Part shown: positions 62,788 through 64,000 of the stretch, one piece after another
How the letters are laid out: every line of letters begins with the position of its first letter
Numbering within the stretch: the first letter of the stretch is position 1
Source of the DNA: Blastocystis sp. Blastoise
Taxonomy: Eukaryota; Protista; Bigyra: Opalinata
Direction: 5' to 3'
DNA: 64,000 bases
Assembly (NCBI GenBank): GCA_039096225.1
Contig: JBBPEB010000030.1
Coordinates: 186,001-250,000 of the forward strand
The notes under the pieces: model-generated
What the model was told of the DNA's origin: nothing
The model's input: only the letters and a program-made list of their open reading frames with translations
Database searches by the model: none
Translations under genes and position numbers: made by a program

Positions 62788-64000
62788 TTAATAACAATTA
62801 AGTTGTCTTCCGTCACTATCATATTTTAATTGTTTATTAAGACTACGTTTGAAATCAGGATCATCAATAGAAAATAGTGGTTCTTTGATAGTAAGTATGA
62901 CTTCATCTTCAAGATTTTCTTTAATATAGTCAATCATTGTTGTTGGAGACATTTTTTTGTCAGAATGGATATAGTAACGAAGTTAAAGAAATAAAAATGA
63001 TTTTTATATAAATAAATTATTAATTATTTATATTATAATAATATATATATGGAAAATAAGACTATATGATAGCAAATAGATTATAAAGGATATAATATAA
63101 GCATCATTAAGTTTATCAAAAGGATCATTTGATATAGTTTTACTAGTAAGAATACTATTTCTTAATGATTCAGTCACTAATGGATTATTACGAAAAGAGT
63201 AATCAAGTTAAAGAAGACTATATGATGTTGATATATATATGTTATAATTATTATTATTATGATTAATATGATTAAATTATTATAAATATAATTATAAATA
63301 ATAATAATAAAAATAGTGAAAAAAAAAATGAATAAAATTTTAAATATAAATAAAATAGTAAATAGAAAAAAAAGGATATATATTCTTTATAGTATCCATC
63401 AAATATTTTATCAAAGGTATTCATACATACAAAATGATTTAAGCCACATGTAAATATAGATTTAATAGATGTAGCATCATTCATAGAAGGATCTTCAGGA
63501 ATAAGTTGTAAGTTATATTGAATAGGATTTGCTATATTATGACGAGCATCACGATAATCTTGACGTATATAAGGGATTTCTTCAATTGAATCAGAAATAG
63601 GTTTTGTTTGAGAAGATATTTGTGTATTTTGAGGTAGAGATGGATCCATTCGTGGTCTTCTTGTATTTCTTCTTTGAGGAAGAGGAGGTAATGTGGGTTT
63701 TACACGTAATCTACGAGGTGTCTGTGTAACAAGTGAATTTGTTGTAGTTGTTGAAGGAGATGAAGATGATGATGAAGGAGTTATTGAAGGAGATGAAGAT
63801 GATGATGAAGGAGTTGTTGAAAGAGTTGTTGAAGGAGTTATTGAAGGAGTTGTTGAAGGAGTTATTGAAGGAGTTGTTGAAGGAGTTATTGAAGGAGTTA
63901 TTGAAGGAGTTATTGAAGGAGATGATGAATTCTCCAAAAATGGAGAATTATAAGAATATATTGAATAATAATGTCTAGCTATATATATAAATATTATAAA
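62788..64000 (-). CDS. 3' part of an unknown protein with mucin-like (PSIT/PSTT)n region; last two introns are AT-AC
   Basis: Exon ending at 63380, exon 63094-63198 and exon 62788-62973 join in frame to TAA. Confidence 0.75.
62974..63093 (-). other. U12-type AT-AC intron
   Basis: ATATCCTTT...TTCTTTAAC-TTCGTTAC; in-frame DAYI|YIHSDKK. Confidence 0.92.
63199..63379 (-). other. U12-type AT-AC intron
   Basis: ATATCCTTT...TTCTTTAAC-TTGATTAC; in-frame YKEY|SFRNNP. Confidence 0.92.
63755..63925 (-). repeat. Coding 12-bp tandem repeat (Pro-Ser-Ile/Thr-Thr)
   Basis: GAAGGAGTT(A/G)TT units on the + strand. Confidence 0.9.

Overview
Very AT-rich, intron-dense eukaryotic DNA, not prokaryotic. It is most consistent with a Blastocystis/opalinid-type gut stramenopile; this is an inference from the short 5' introns, minor-type introns and retained complex I subunit. 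Manual splicing gives about 20 genes with roughly 130 introns. In order: an unknown 5' fragment, an A1 aspartic protease and a tandem catalytically dead paralog, intronless clathrin heavy chain, an SLC35B1-like transporter with an inserted beta-rich domain, NDUFA8, an ABCG half-transporter, a small EF-hand gene missed by the ORF track, RBM28/Nop4, a divergent GH31/GH27 pair followed by G6PD, ORC4, type II glutaminyl cyclase, an ATP6AP2-like protein, two HSP20 genes, XPB, a GT61 glycosyltransferase, PRPF6 and a partial mucin-like gene. Main findings: (1) four U12 (minor spliceosome) introns, three AT-AC and one GT-AT, paired in two genes with very compact branch-point spacing; (2) six further junctions with non-GT/AG termini, five of which carry the base of the spliced mRNA (real biology or a polishing artefact); (3) a 119-bp hAT-like MITE with perfect 18-bp TIRs and an 8-bp TSD upstream of PRPF6; (4) an intact pseudo-protease with five extra introns. 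Most ORF-track entries are intron microsatellite or antisense artefacts.
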